From positions 4,160,001 through 4,224,000 of the forward strand of contig OZ250169.1 in the NCBI GenBank assembly GCA_965237955.1: a stretch of 64,000 bases of DNA, given 5' to 3'. The first letter of the stretch is position 1. Every line of letters starts with the position of its first letter. This stretch comes from Candidatus Marinacidobacterales bacterium (lineage in GTDB: Bacteria > Acidobacteriota > Vicinamibacteria > Marinacidobacterales > SMYC01). Made by a program: the position numbers and the translations under genes. Below the pieces are notes generated by a model. The model saw nothing but the letters and a program-made list of their open reading frames with translations, ran no database searches and was not told where the DNA came from. This document shows, piece by piece, positions 11,006-20,376 of the stretch.

Positions 11006-11415
11006 TCATTGCCGACACCGGTGCCATCGTCGCGCTCATCGACGGAGATGACCGTCACCACGAAACGCTTCTTGATCTTTTCAATGAGGACCCTGTGCGG
11101 TGGCTGCTTCCCTGGGCGATACTGCCTGAGGTGGATTATCTGGTAGCGAAGTACCTCGGCAACCCTACGGAACAGGTGTTCGTGTCGGACCTGTCGAGGA
11201 GTTTGTACCGTGTCGATTTGGGTGCCGATTCGGATCTGGGTCGCGCGGACGAATTGATTCGTCAATACCGCGATCTCAACCTCGGCCTGGTGGACGCGAT
11301 CGTCATGGCCGTGGCCGAGCGGACGAAGGCCCAGGCCATCGCAACTCTCGACGAACGCCACTTCGGCGCCGTGGTGCTCCGCGGTGCGCCTCGATTGCTG
11401 CCGCGCGATCTCTAG
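11002..11415 (+). CDS. vapC: PIN-domain toxin (VapC-like)
   Basis: IIADTGAIVAL, LPEVDYL, LGLVDAIVMA and ATLDERHF conserved acidic motifs. Confidence 0.9.
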   Translation: MIIADTGAIVALIDGDDRHHETLLDLFNEDPVRWLLPWAILPEVDYLVAKYLGNPTEQVFVSDLSRSLYRVDLGADSDLGRADELIRQYRDLNLGLVDAIVMAVAERTKAQAIATLDERHFGAVVLRGAPRLLPRDL

Positions 11416-11559
11416 CCGCGAACTGCTCCTTTGTGTAGGCTGTCCCTTCCATTTATTCATCGGGGCACGTCGCACTTGATCTTTCGCGCACGGCGGCTCA
11501 GCATCCCGGCATGATTTGGTCTTTCCTTTGCTCGCTCATCTCGGCGTTCAAGACTCGTC

Positions 11560-11645
11560 GCGAGCTGGCTAGATGAATACGACGAGCTTGCGGCGAGAGA
11601 CGCTCTCCACGCAGCCGTCGCCGTCCACGAGGGCTTTCGCGGATC
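11560..11645 (+). pseudogene. Short PIN-domain remnant
   Basis: Manual translation DEYDELAARDALHAAVAVHEG resembles the PIN motif LxxRDALHAA. Confidence 0.4.
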
Positions 11646-11725
11646 GAGCCTGGACGGTAGAGTTTCGCCCGCATAGGCGCAGTCCGGGTTGAGGATTGGC
11701 TCACGAGTCGGAATATAATGCGCGG

Positions 11726-12301
11726 ATGGCGGGGACGTCGCCGGGCGATGTGACGGGGCTCCTTAAGCGGTGGAGCGATGGGGACCGGAGCGCCTTCGAC
11801 GAGCTGATACCGATTGTTCACCAAGAGCTTCGGCGTCTCGCGCAGAGCTACTTTCGGAACGAACGCTCGGACCACACCCTCCAGGCCACGGCCCTCGTCA
11901 ACGAGGCGTTTTTGCGCCTCGTTCAAGTTCAAGGCGGCGCGGTCGAGAACCGGGCGCATTTTTTCGCGGTATCCGCTCGCGCCATGCGTCAGATCCTCAT
12001 CGATCACGCGCGGCAGAAACGCGCCGCGAAGAGAGGCGGTGGCGATGTTGAGGTCACGTTCGACGAGGCCAAGGGGACACCCGGCCCCGATCCCGTGGAC
12101 GTGCTCGAGCTCGACATCACGCTGAAGCGTCTTGCGGACATTGATCCGCGCCAAGCCGAAGTCGTTGAGCTACGGTATTTTGCCGGCCTAAGCCTCGAGG
12201 AGACCGCCGAGGTGCTCGGGACGTCGACGGCCACCGTGAAGCGGGACTGGAACCTCGCGAAAGCGTGGCTCAGGCGCGAGCTTTTACGTGATTTTCGATG
12301 A
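11726..12301 (+). CDS. ECF RNA polymerase sigma factor (TIGR02999/PF07638 type, typically kinase-associated)
   Basis: DVTGLLKRWSDGDRSAFDELIPIVHQELRRLA, HTLQATALVNEAFLRL, VELRYFAGL, TVKRDW; TATAAT at 11714-11719 just before ATG 11726. Confidence 0.92.
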   Translation: MAGTSPGDVTGLLKRWSDGDRSAFDELIPIVHQELRRLAQSYFRNERSDHTLQATALVNEAFLRLVQVQGGAVENRAHFFAVSARAMRQILIDHARQKRAAKRGGGDVEVTFDEAKGTPGPDPVDVLELDITLKRLADIDPRQAEVVELRYFAGLSLEETAEVLGTSTATVKRDWNLAKAWLRRELLRDFR

Positions 12302-12349
12302 GCCAATCCGAGCCCGAATTCCGCCTGTATGGGTAGGAGGGTAGAAACA

Positions 12350-13201
12350 ATGGGTGGAAAAAGACGATTCACGCTGCCAGTTCTGGTGGTCGCGCTCTGC
12401 ATCCTCACTCTCACTGCGAGCCACTTGGAAGCCGACTCGGCCAAAATCTGGGCTGGGCACGCAAAGGAGTTCGAGGAGCTCCTCGAGAACGCCGAAGTCG
12501 TCTCGATCCAAGAGCTCGGATGCGGCGCCAACAACCCGAAGCTAGTGACGCTACGACAGGGAGAGCGCACGCTACGCGGCTTGTGGAAACCGATAGAACG
12601 CGGTCCCAAAGAGTGGGCGTGGGAGAGCTACGAGACCGAAGTCGCCGCCTACAAAATCGATCGCATGCTCGGCCTCGACATGGTGCCGCCGACAGTCGTG
12701 AAAGAAATCGACGGGCAAAAAGGATCACTACAGCTCTGGGTCGACGGCTGCCGCCTCTACGAGGACGTCGAAGGTGACGATCACGAGACCGTCTCCTGGG
12801 AGCAACAGATCTCGCGCATGCGTGTCTTCGACACAGTCATCGGCAACTGGGATCGCGGCCAGCGGAACTACATGGTCGACGACGAGTGGAACGTCGTTTT
12901 GATCGATCACTCCCAGGCTTTTTCGAGCTCGCACTACCTCGACGAGCAACTCGACAAACTGCCGCCCCGATTCGATCGAGAGCAGATCGAAAGCGTGAAG
13001 CATTGGAATGTGGAGTACTTGAGCTTCCGGTTCGGACGATTGCTGCTCAAACCTCAAGTCCACGCCATCATCATCCGGCGCAACGCACTGCTACGATACG
13101 TGGACAATCTCGTCGAGAACCGTGGTGACGAAAACGTCTGGTTCGTGAACAAGCCCGAGCCCAAGCCCGAGCCCGAGCCGTCGGAAGCGGACGACACTTA
13201 A
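12350..13201 (+). CDS. Signal-peptide-bearing atypical kinase-fold (PI3/4K-, HipA- or FAM20-like) protein
   Basis: Hydrophobic N-terminus; WKP, EVAAYKIDRMLGLDMVPPTV, GSLQLW, FDTVIGNWDRxxxN and LIDHSQAF motifs. Confidence 0.65.
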   Translation: MGGKRRFTLPVLVVALCILTLTASHLEADSAKIWAGHAKEFEELLENAEVVSIQELGCGANNPKLVTLRQGERTLRGLWKPIERGPKEWAWESYETEVAAYKIDRMLGLDMVPPTVVKEIDGQKGSLQLWVDGCRLYEDVEGDDHETVSWEQQISRMRVFDTVIGNWDRGQRNYMVDDEWNVVLIDHSQAFSSSHYLDEQLDKLPPRFDREQIESVKHWNVEYLSFRFGRLLLKPQVHAIIIRRNALLRYVDNLVENRGDENVWFVNKPEPKPEPEPSEADDT

Positions 13202-13214
13202 AAGGAGAGACCCA

Positions 13215-13597
13215 ATGAGCTCACTGGACCGACGTAGCTTCCTCGAAACCACCGCTGCAGGTGTCCCTTCCATTTATTCATCCGGGCGCGTCGGCGGACT
13301 CGGCGTCCAACAGGTTCTCACGGCGCCGCGCTCGGTGTGGCAGAGCCCGTACGTCGAAAGGCTCATTGGTGTAGCATTCGCCGCGAATGTCTCGACCACG
13401 TGATCGTCCTCGACGAGCAGCACCTGAGGCGAATCCTACGCAACTACGTCGACGACGATCATTTGTCCCGGACCCATTTGTCGCTTGAGAAGGACGCGCC
13501 GGTGCCCCGCCCGGTCGAGTCGCTGGCCGATGGGGAGAGTGACTGCCGTTCCGAAGGTCGGGGGTCTCCATCATTATTACACTCGCCTCGCTGCTTG
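13215..13597 (+). pseudogene. Tat-signal gene stub joined to an rve-type IS transposase fragment
   Basis: MSSLDRRSFLETTAAG is cut at TGTCCCTTCCATTTATTCATC (13262; the same sequence occurs at 11441). It is followed by frameshifted TAPRSVWQSPYVERLIG/IRRECLDHVIVLDEQHLRRIL...GGLHHYY. Confidence 0.7.
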
Positions 13598-13729
13598 AGT
13601 TCGCCGCACTTCACGCGAGGTCTGCTTACGGACGACGCGTTCTTCGTCTGACGTTGTCCTACCCAGCTGAATAGCACAAAAACACCCACGTGTTGTCACA
13701 CATTAATATTGTAAACACCAACGTGTTTA

Positions 13730-15121
13730 TTGCATAATAAGCTCGAAGTGTATCTTCGGCGGGACATGGATCATGTGCTCAGGGAGTGGAGCGTCTCGAC
13801 GTCGCGAAAGCCCCTCATCCTGCGGGGTGCTCGCCAGACCGGGAAAACCGCCTCGATCCGTGAGCTAGCAGCAGGATACGAGCTTTGCCTGGAGCTCAAT
13901 CTAGAACGATACGAGGATCTTGCTTTGGTACGTTCCTCGAAGTCGGCGGAGGAGCTACTGTTGTCTCTGCGGGCGCGGCACAATCTAACCTCGTTTCCCG
14001 ATCGCACTCTGCTCTTTCTCGACGAGATCCAGGAAAGCCCAGAGGCCATTCGCTGGCTGCGCTTCTTGCACGAAGACCACCCCGAGCTTGCGGTCGTGGC
14101 GGCCGGTTCGCTGATGGAGGTTCGGTTGCAAGAGCGCGGCTTCTCGTTCCCTGTCGGCAGAGTCACCTTCCGCACCCTCCGGCCTCTTACGTTCAGGGAG
14201 TTTCTGAGCGCGGCCGGGCATGAGGTGCTCTTGGAGGAGATGGTTTCGGCGGCAAACGAGCGCCAGCCTCTGCCGATGCCTCTGCACAATCAGGCGAGCG
14301 AGCTACTGACCACCTATATGCAGGTAGGCGGCATGCCCGAGGCAGTCACGAGTTGGATCGAGTCTGGTGTTGCAGCGTCGGCGCGACAGGTCCACCGGGA
14401 TCTCATCGACTCCCTCGCCGAGGATCTTCAAAAATACCGGGGCGTCCGTGACGTCAGTTATCTCGAGGCGGCCTTCGAAAACCTGAGGCATCACTACGGG
14501 CTGCGATTCAAGTACGAAAACTTCGCTCCCGGCTACCGGTCGCAGCTCATGAAGTCTGCACTTGGCAAGCTGGAGGCTGCGCTCGTCATCACCCGCGTTC
14601 GACCCACGAGCTCCCTCGCGGCGCCACCGGTCGTGCGAACGCGCTCTGCACCAAAGCTCCTTCCGCTCGACACGGCTCTGGCCCTTACGACGATGGGGTT
14701 CGATGCTTCTGAGCTCAGGCGATGGCCGCTCGACAAGATCCTCGGGGGACGCGTCGCAGAGATGTTCGTTGGCCAGGAGCTCCTCGCGGCCTTGGGGCCA
14801 CAAGAGGGAGAACTCTACTTTTGGGTGAACGAGTCATCCCGGAGCAATGCCGAGGTGGATTTTCTTATGGCGGTCTCTGGCCGCCTCCTTCCTATCGAAG
14901 TGAAGGCCGCTGCCTCGGGAGCGCTCAAGTCCTTGCACCAGTTCCTGCGGCGCGCTGGTCTCAACGAGGCAGTGCGGCTTCACTCGAACCCAGTCGCGGA
15001 CGAGCATCATCAAGTGAAAATGCCAGGAGGAGCTCTGGACTACCGGTTGCTCTCGCTTCCTCTTTACATGGCCTTTCAGGTCCCAGCGTTGTTCTCTGAC
15101 GGATTATCGGCACGGGTTTAG
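13730..15121 (+). CDS. AAA_14 ATPase with DUF4143 and C-terminal PD-(D/E)xK-like motif
   Basis: Walker A GARQTGKT, Walker B LFLDEIQ, AAGSL, GGMPEAV and EVDFL...PIEVKA. Start may be GTG at 13748. Confidence 0.88.
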   Translation: MHNKLEVYLRRDMDHVLREWSVSTSRKPLILRGARQTGKTASIRELAAGYELCLELNLERYEDLALVRSSKSAEELLLSLRARHNLTSFPDRTLLFLDEIQESPEAIRWLRFLHEDHPELAVVAAGSLMEVRLQERGFSFPVGRVTFRTLRPLTFREFLSAAGHEVLLEEMVSAANERQPLPMPLHNQASELLTTYMQVGGMPEAVTSWIESGVAASARQVHRDLIDSLAEDLQKYRGVRDVSYLEAAFENLRHHYGLRFKYENFAPGYRSQLMKSALGKLEAALVITRVRPTSSLAAPPVVRTRSAPKLLPLDTALALTTMGFDASELRRWPLDKILGGRVAEMFVGQELLAALGPQEGELYFWVNESSRSNAEVDFLMAVSGRLLPIEVKAAASGALKSLHQFLRRAGLNEAVRLHSNPVADEHHQVKMPGGALDYRLLSLPLYMAFQVPALFSDGLSARV

Positions 15122-15478
15122 CGGACCGCAGATCATGAGACGACTCACGGTGAATGCGCACTGCCGTCTTCCCTTTCAGGAATCCGATCGTGTGAGATAC
15201 ACGGTCACTCTTGGACGACGTCCATGACCCAGATGTCGCCGAGGTCTTCTTCCCAGTCGAAGTAGAGGTAGTCTCCGTCCGTGGCGAGGGAGAACTTGTA
15301 GAGGCTCCCGTGCCGTCCCGACAAATCGGTCACCGGGTACTCGCGCCCATCCTCTAACGACACCGCCCAGATGTTGGCGTTGATGTCGGTCGGTCGCACG
15401 AAGTAGATCTCCTTGCCGTCGGGCGACCAGCGAGGTCCGTATGCCCTGCCCTCGGTGACAGGCTCGGCTTCCCCTCCA

Positions 15479-15611
15479 CTAGTCCCCTGGATCTTTGATT
15501 ACTATACAAAGTTAGGCTTTTCGCCAGCCCATAAGATTCATAAGATTCATGCACTTAGAAGGGTTTCGGCAAGCTCTGCTTTATCTAGTTTGTTCTGATA
15601 CAGGGGACTAG
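15479..15611 (-). mobile_element. 133-bp MITE, copy 2
   Basis: Reverse complement of 7124-7256 with 1 mismatch; excision restores IPASGGEAEPV in the host gene. Confidence 0.9.
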
Positions 15612-17160
15612 CGGGAATGCGCCAGAGACGGGCCCCGCGCCCATGGGACTGAAACACCAACCACTTGCCGTCGGGCGACCACGCGGAGACTTGATCGGTT
15701 CCGGGATGATCCGTCACCTGGCGCGGTTCACCCCCATCCGCGGAGACCACCCAAATATCCCGGTTGCCGCTCCGCCACGAGTCAAAGGCGATCTCCGTCC
15801 CGTCTGGAGACCACGTCGCGCGGACATCCTGCGCTGGGTCTCGAGTAAGCCGCCGGGCGGGACCCCCCTCCGCGGGCATCACCCAGATATCCAGGTTTCC
15901 GCTGCGGCCTGACCAGAAGGCAATCTCCCGTCCGTCCGGCGACCATCTTCCTCCCCCGGCATCCGTCGTTAACAGGGTCATCTCGCCCCCCTCGGCGGGG
16001 AGCACCCACATACCCCCGCTGCCCGAACGATCGGAGCCCACCAGAAGTCTCCGGCCATCAGGAGAGATGTCGCCGAGGACGGTGAGTGACTGGCCTGTGG
16101 TGAGCTGCTCGGCATCCGCCCAGCTCGCTGTACGTTCGTGAAGAATGGGCGCGCGCCACACGTTCGACACCAACCGGCCCTTGGAGTAAGCGAGCTTCGT
16201 CCCGTCGGGAGAAAAGGCCGCCCTTCGCATGCCGACACCGACCGTCAAGGGCTCCGGAGCACCTACCGGCCCTTCCTCCCCGATGCGTTGCTGCCAGAGA
16301 TCCCTGCTCCCGCCGCGGTTCGAGACGAAAAAGAGCCGGCGTCCGTCCGAGGACCAGCTCGGGCTCCAGTCGCGCGAGCTCCTGTCGGTGACGGGGATGG
16401 GCTCACCTCCAGAGGCAGGGAAAAGGTAGAGGCTTGTCCTTTGCTGCTGACGAGGATTACTTGCGTCGACGCAAGCGATGTAGCCCCCGTCCGGAGACCC
16501 GCTCATGTCCCAGCAAAATCTCGAAAGAGACATTCGCCGCATCTCCTGTGACGGGAGGGAAAAGATGTCAATGAACCACCCTTCCGGTGCCCCGAAAACG
16601 ACCGCAAGCTCGGCCCCGTCCGCCGACCAGCCAACTCCAAAACTGACGCGCGCACTTTCCGGAGCGTACACCTTGCGAGGCGGGCCACCCACCGCGGGCA
16701 TGACGAAGACGTCCGTCCCCGAGAGGAACGCAATCTGGCTCCCGACTGCGTATTCCAGCCATCGTGAACGCCGAATCCAGAGCAAGCTGAACAGCGAATC
16801 CGGTGAAGCCGAACGCTCATCGAAGCGATGAAGTGTTGGGTGACCTCCTTTCCACTGATTGAAAACGTGAACCTATCTTACCTGCGTGTTGTGTAGCAAG
16901 GGGCGGCAGGTCGGTGCCGGAGGGAGCGGGCGTAAGGAAAGACGCGAAGCGACCTTCCCGCTCCCGTAGGCAGCGACCTGCCGCGGCCGAACCCCGGGCG
17001 ATGTGGGGCTGGTTTCGGGGGGTTGCTGGGGTATGGCCTGGCTCGAGAAGACGCTTCCTGAGGCATTCTCGCGCGTCGTTTTGGCGCCGCATCGTCTGGT
17101 ACCCCGGGTTTGGCGGTTTCACCCGTTTTTATCGCATCGACGCTGTGGTCCCTCGCTCGC

Positions 17161-17919
17161 TCATGCATCGGCGTTGTCAAATGCCTTTGGCGCAGCCTTG
17201 GTCTTTCTCAGAGAAGCTCCTTTGAGAGTGATGCGGTGCGCGCTGTGGAGAATGCGATCGCAGATAGCGTCTGCCTGGTTTGGGTCGCCAATCGCTTCGT
17301 GCCACTGCTTGAGCGGAATCTGGGTCGCGATGAGTGTGGAGCCACGCTCGGCGCGGTCTTCGATGACCTCCATTAGATCCCGTCTCTCCGATTCTTTCAG
17401 CGGGTGAAGCAGCCAATCATCGATAGCCAGTAAGTCCAGCTTGGCGAGTTTCGTCAAAAGCCGGGCGTAGGAACCATCACCACGAGCGACCGCGAGCTCG
17501 TGGAGCAAGCGCGGTGCTCGCACGTAGCATCCGGTGAAGCCGCGACGACAGGCCCGCTCCACGAAGGCGCAAGCCAAGAACGATTTGCCAATCCCCGTCG
17601 GGCCGGTGATGAGCAGGTTATGGCGCTCACCGACAAAGCGGCAGTTGCCCAGGCTCAAGATCTGTTCGCGGTTTAAGCCTCGAGGCGCTTGGAAGTTCAC
17701 GTTCTCCAAACATGCCGGATAGCGGAGCTTTGCCGCTCGCAGTCGTCGAGAAAGCTTACGCTGTTCGCGGGCGGTCCACTCGGCATCGACCAGGAGTCCC
17801 ACACGTTCCTCGAAGCTCAGCTCCTTGTATTCGCTCGAGCTCAACTGGGTTTCGAACGCGGACACCAAGCCGAACAACTTCATGGCGTTCATCTTTTCTA
17901 TCGTTTCGGGTGTCAGCAT
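17161..17919 (-). CDS. istB: IS21 helper ATPase IstB
   Basis: GPTGIGKS Walker A, LLAIDDW, DAICDRILH; ATG at 17919 overlaps the end of istA. Confidence 0.92.
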   Translation of the reverse strand: MLTPETIEKMNAMKLFGLVSAFETQLSSSEYKELSFEERVGLLVDAEWTAREQRKLSRRLRAAKLRYPACLENVNFQAPRGLNREQILSLGNCRFVGERHNLLITGPTGIGKSFLACAFVERACRRGFTGCYVRAPRLLHELAVARGDGSYARLLTKLAKLDLLAIDDWLLHPLKESERRDLMEVIEDRAERGSTLIATQIPLKQWHEAIGDPNQADAICDRILHSAHRITLKGASLRKTKAAPKAFDNADA

Positions 17920-19469
17920 CGGGACTCTCCTCCTTCGTAGTGATCCGCGCCTCGGATGTTCTCGTGCTCCTCTCGCGGTTTCGCTTCGGCGTCCGATTCG
18001 AGCACCACACGATCCAGACCAGCCGAGAGAATGTTTTTCACCGTGCGATAGCTGTAAGAGCTCAAAGCTTCCGCTCGTGCGCAAGCGGCCTCGAGACGCT
18101 CACTGCCCCAGCGGCTGCCTAGTCGCATGACTCCCAGGCAAGAGCGAAATCCCTGCTCCGGGTGAGGACGACTCTCTAGAATCCCCGCAACCAGCCTTCC
18201 CGTGGCGCGACCTGACTGCTCCGCCCAGTGGAGCAGCCGCGACGGCGTCCACTCCAGGTGCTCCCGATGCGAACGTGGCATATGCTCCGGGTTCGTGGAG
18301 TAGTGCCCCTTTCCTTTCTTGCGGGGATGCGACGCGACGCGCTTTCCCTTGAACAGGACCTCCACCACCGAGGCCGTCACCCGTGCCTCGACTTTCTCGT
18401 GAATGAGCTGATAGGGAACGCTGTACAAGTTGTTCTCCACCTCCACGTGGTAGTCGATGTTCACTCTGCACCGCTTCCACGTCGATAACTCGTAGCTCTC
18501 CTGCGGTAGCGGTTTCAGTACGGGCCGGTCTAGCCTTTCGTACAACTCCCGCCGACTCACACCGAGCTTCTGCATCGGACGCGCATTCAGGACCTCTAAC
18601 TTCTCCCAGATGGCTTCGTTCAGTTCCGCCAGGCTGAAGAACGTGCGATGACGAAGCACCGCCAGGATCCAGCGCTGCGCCACCTGCACTGCCGACTCCA
18701 CCTTCGCTTTGTCTTTCGGCTTGAACACCCGAGCCGGGACCACAACCGCACCGTAATGCGTCGCCAGCTCTTCGTACGTCCGGTTGATCCCTGGCTCGTA
18801 ACGGTCCACCAAATCCACGCCGCTCTTCAAGTTGTCCGGAACCCAGATCTCCGTACTGCCACCGAAGTAATCCGACATCCCCTTATGGGCCTTCGCCCAC
18901 GATTCCAGCGACTGGTTCAGTGTCGCTTCGACGTAGGTGTAACTGCTCGCGCCCAACGTCCCGACGAACAGCTCCATTTCGACGAGCTCTCCCGTTTTCG
19001 GATCGACGATGTGAGGCTTCTTCCCCGAAAAATCGACGAATGTCTTCTCGCCTGCTCGATGCCGTTGACGCATCGTCGGGTTCAGCTTCTTCTTCCACTG
19101 ACCGTACAGCTCGCAATAACGGCTGTAGCCGTACGCTCCCGGCTTATTCTCCGCGTACTCCACCCACAGCTGCAGCAACGTCAGCTCTCGGTGACGCCTC
19201 AGCTCCTCGTGGATGTGGGCATAGTCCAGACCCGGCCGTGCGCCAGACGAGCCCGGCGGCGGAAACAGCCCTGCCTCCAGCTCCCCTTCGCTCAGCTCCT
19301 CCGGGAGCGGCCAGCTCAGACCACCCTTCTTCGCCTTGGCCAGGTACTCACTCACCGTTCCAACCGCCACGCGAAGTGCCTTTGCGATCATGCGGTGAGT
19401 AAAACCCAGCTCGTACTTTAACCTTAGAACCTCTCGTGTTTTTCTCATCGATAACCTCTTAGCTGCCAT
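17913..19469 (-). CDS. istA: IS21 transposase IstA
   Basis: HTH, FVDFSG, VPDNLKS and PKDKAKVE DDE motifs. Confidence 0.95.
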   Translation of the reverse strand: MAAKRLSMRKTREVLRLKYELGFTHRMIAKALRVAVGTVSEYLAKAKKGGLSWPLPEELSEGELEAGLFPPPGSSGARPGLDYAHIHEELRRHRELTLLQLWVEYAENKPGAYGYSRYCELYGQWKKKLNPTMRQRHRAGEKTFVDFSGKKPHIVDPKTGELVEMELFVGTLGASSYTYVEATLNQSLESWAKAHKGMSDYFGGSTEIWVPDNLKSGVDLVDRYEPGINRTYEELATHYGAVVVPARVFKPKDKAKVESAVQVAQRWILAVLRHRTFFSLAELNEAIWEKLEVLNARPMQKLGVSRRELYERLDRPVLKPLPQESYELSTWKRCRVNIDYHVEVENNLYSVPYQLIHEKVEARVTASVVEVLFKGKRVASHPRKKGKGHYSTNPEHMPRSHREHLEWTPSRLLHWAEQSGRATGRLVAGILESRPHPEQGFRSCLGVMRLGSRWGSERLEAACARAEALSSYSYRTVKNILSAGLDRVVLESDAEAKPREEHENIRGADHYEGGESRC

Positions 19470-20376
19470 TTCCTAGATCGTCCTCCTTCCGGGTACGACC
19501 TAGAGTTGCCTTGAAACGTGCTATCGATGAGCGTTCGCGATGCCGGAACCGGCGTTCACGTTGCCTGGAATCCGTGTTCACCTTCCCCGGAATCGATGTT
19601 CACGATCCCCGGAATCCGTGTTCACGATGCTTTGGAATGGATGTTCACCTTCGGCTGGAATCTGCGTTCACGATGCCCCGGAATACGCACCCGTCGGGAG
19701 ACCACCTCGGACTTCGGTCTTCCTCGACGCGAGCCACCGTTCGGTTGACCGCTCCTCCGCCTCCGAGCTGGGCCACCCAGATGTCGTTATTGCCGCTCTC
19801 GTCCGACTGAAACGCCAAGCGCTGGCCATCGGGAGACCACGTGGGAAAGTCTTCCACGCCCGCTGCGGAGGTGATCTGAATCGGGTTGGTGAAGCGAAGA
19901 CGGGTGCTCGATGACTCCCGGAGGAAGTAGGCCAGCGCTCCCACGAGGGCCAGGGCCATCGTCACGGTGGCTGCTGCAAACCACTTCACGACCGGAGAGC
20001 GCATCGGAACAACCGCTCCCTCCTCCAGCTCTCCCGAGGCCAGCTCCCCCTTCAATTCCTCCAGCTCGTTTCGGATGTCTTTGGCAGACTGATACCGGCG
20101 TTCGGGATCCTTGGCCAAACACCGTCTGACGATTCTCCAAAGGAGGTTTGGCAGAGCGGGATTGACTTCGGTGACCGACGGAGGCGTCTCTTTGATGATT
20201 GAGGCAAGAACGGAAGCGGCCGTTTCTCCTGTGAAAGGGCGTTGTCCCGTCACCATCTCATAAAGGATGATTCCAATTGAGAAGATGTCGGAGCGGTGAT
20301 CGACGCTCTTGCCTTGCGCCTGCTCGGGAGACATGTAGGCCACCGTCCCCACAATGCGTCCTTCTCCGGTAGCCTC

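Larger units (their letters stand above)
16747..19689 (-). mobile_element. IS21-family insertion sequence (type A), apparently complete
   Basis: TG...CA ends (TGCGTATTCC...GGAATACGCA), multiple ~22-bp subterminal repeats, 6-bp flanking repeat CCCGAC/CCCGTC, istA-istB. Confidence 0.92.
15205..20376 (-). pseudogene. Receptor Ser/Thr kinase (kinase-TM-PD40 beta-propeller), disrupted by IS5, IS21 and a MITE
   Basis: GTVAYMSPEQ...SDIFS kinase C-lobe and TM helix (19690-20376), then WSPDG repeats (15205-16746). The frame is restored by removing the MITE; the N-lobe is lost at the IS5 end. Confidence 0.88.

Noticed and set aside
19530-19689. About seven tandem ~22-bp GTTCAC...GGAAT repeats resembling a mini-CRISPR
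   Set aside because: No unique spacers and no cas genes; these are the subterminal repeats typical of IS21 ends, mirrored at 16747-16815.
8279-19929. Diversity-generating retroelement as the cause of propeller variation
   Set aside because: No reverse transcriptase in the window, and the differences include indels and are not evidently adenine-restricted.
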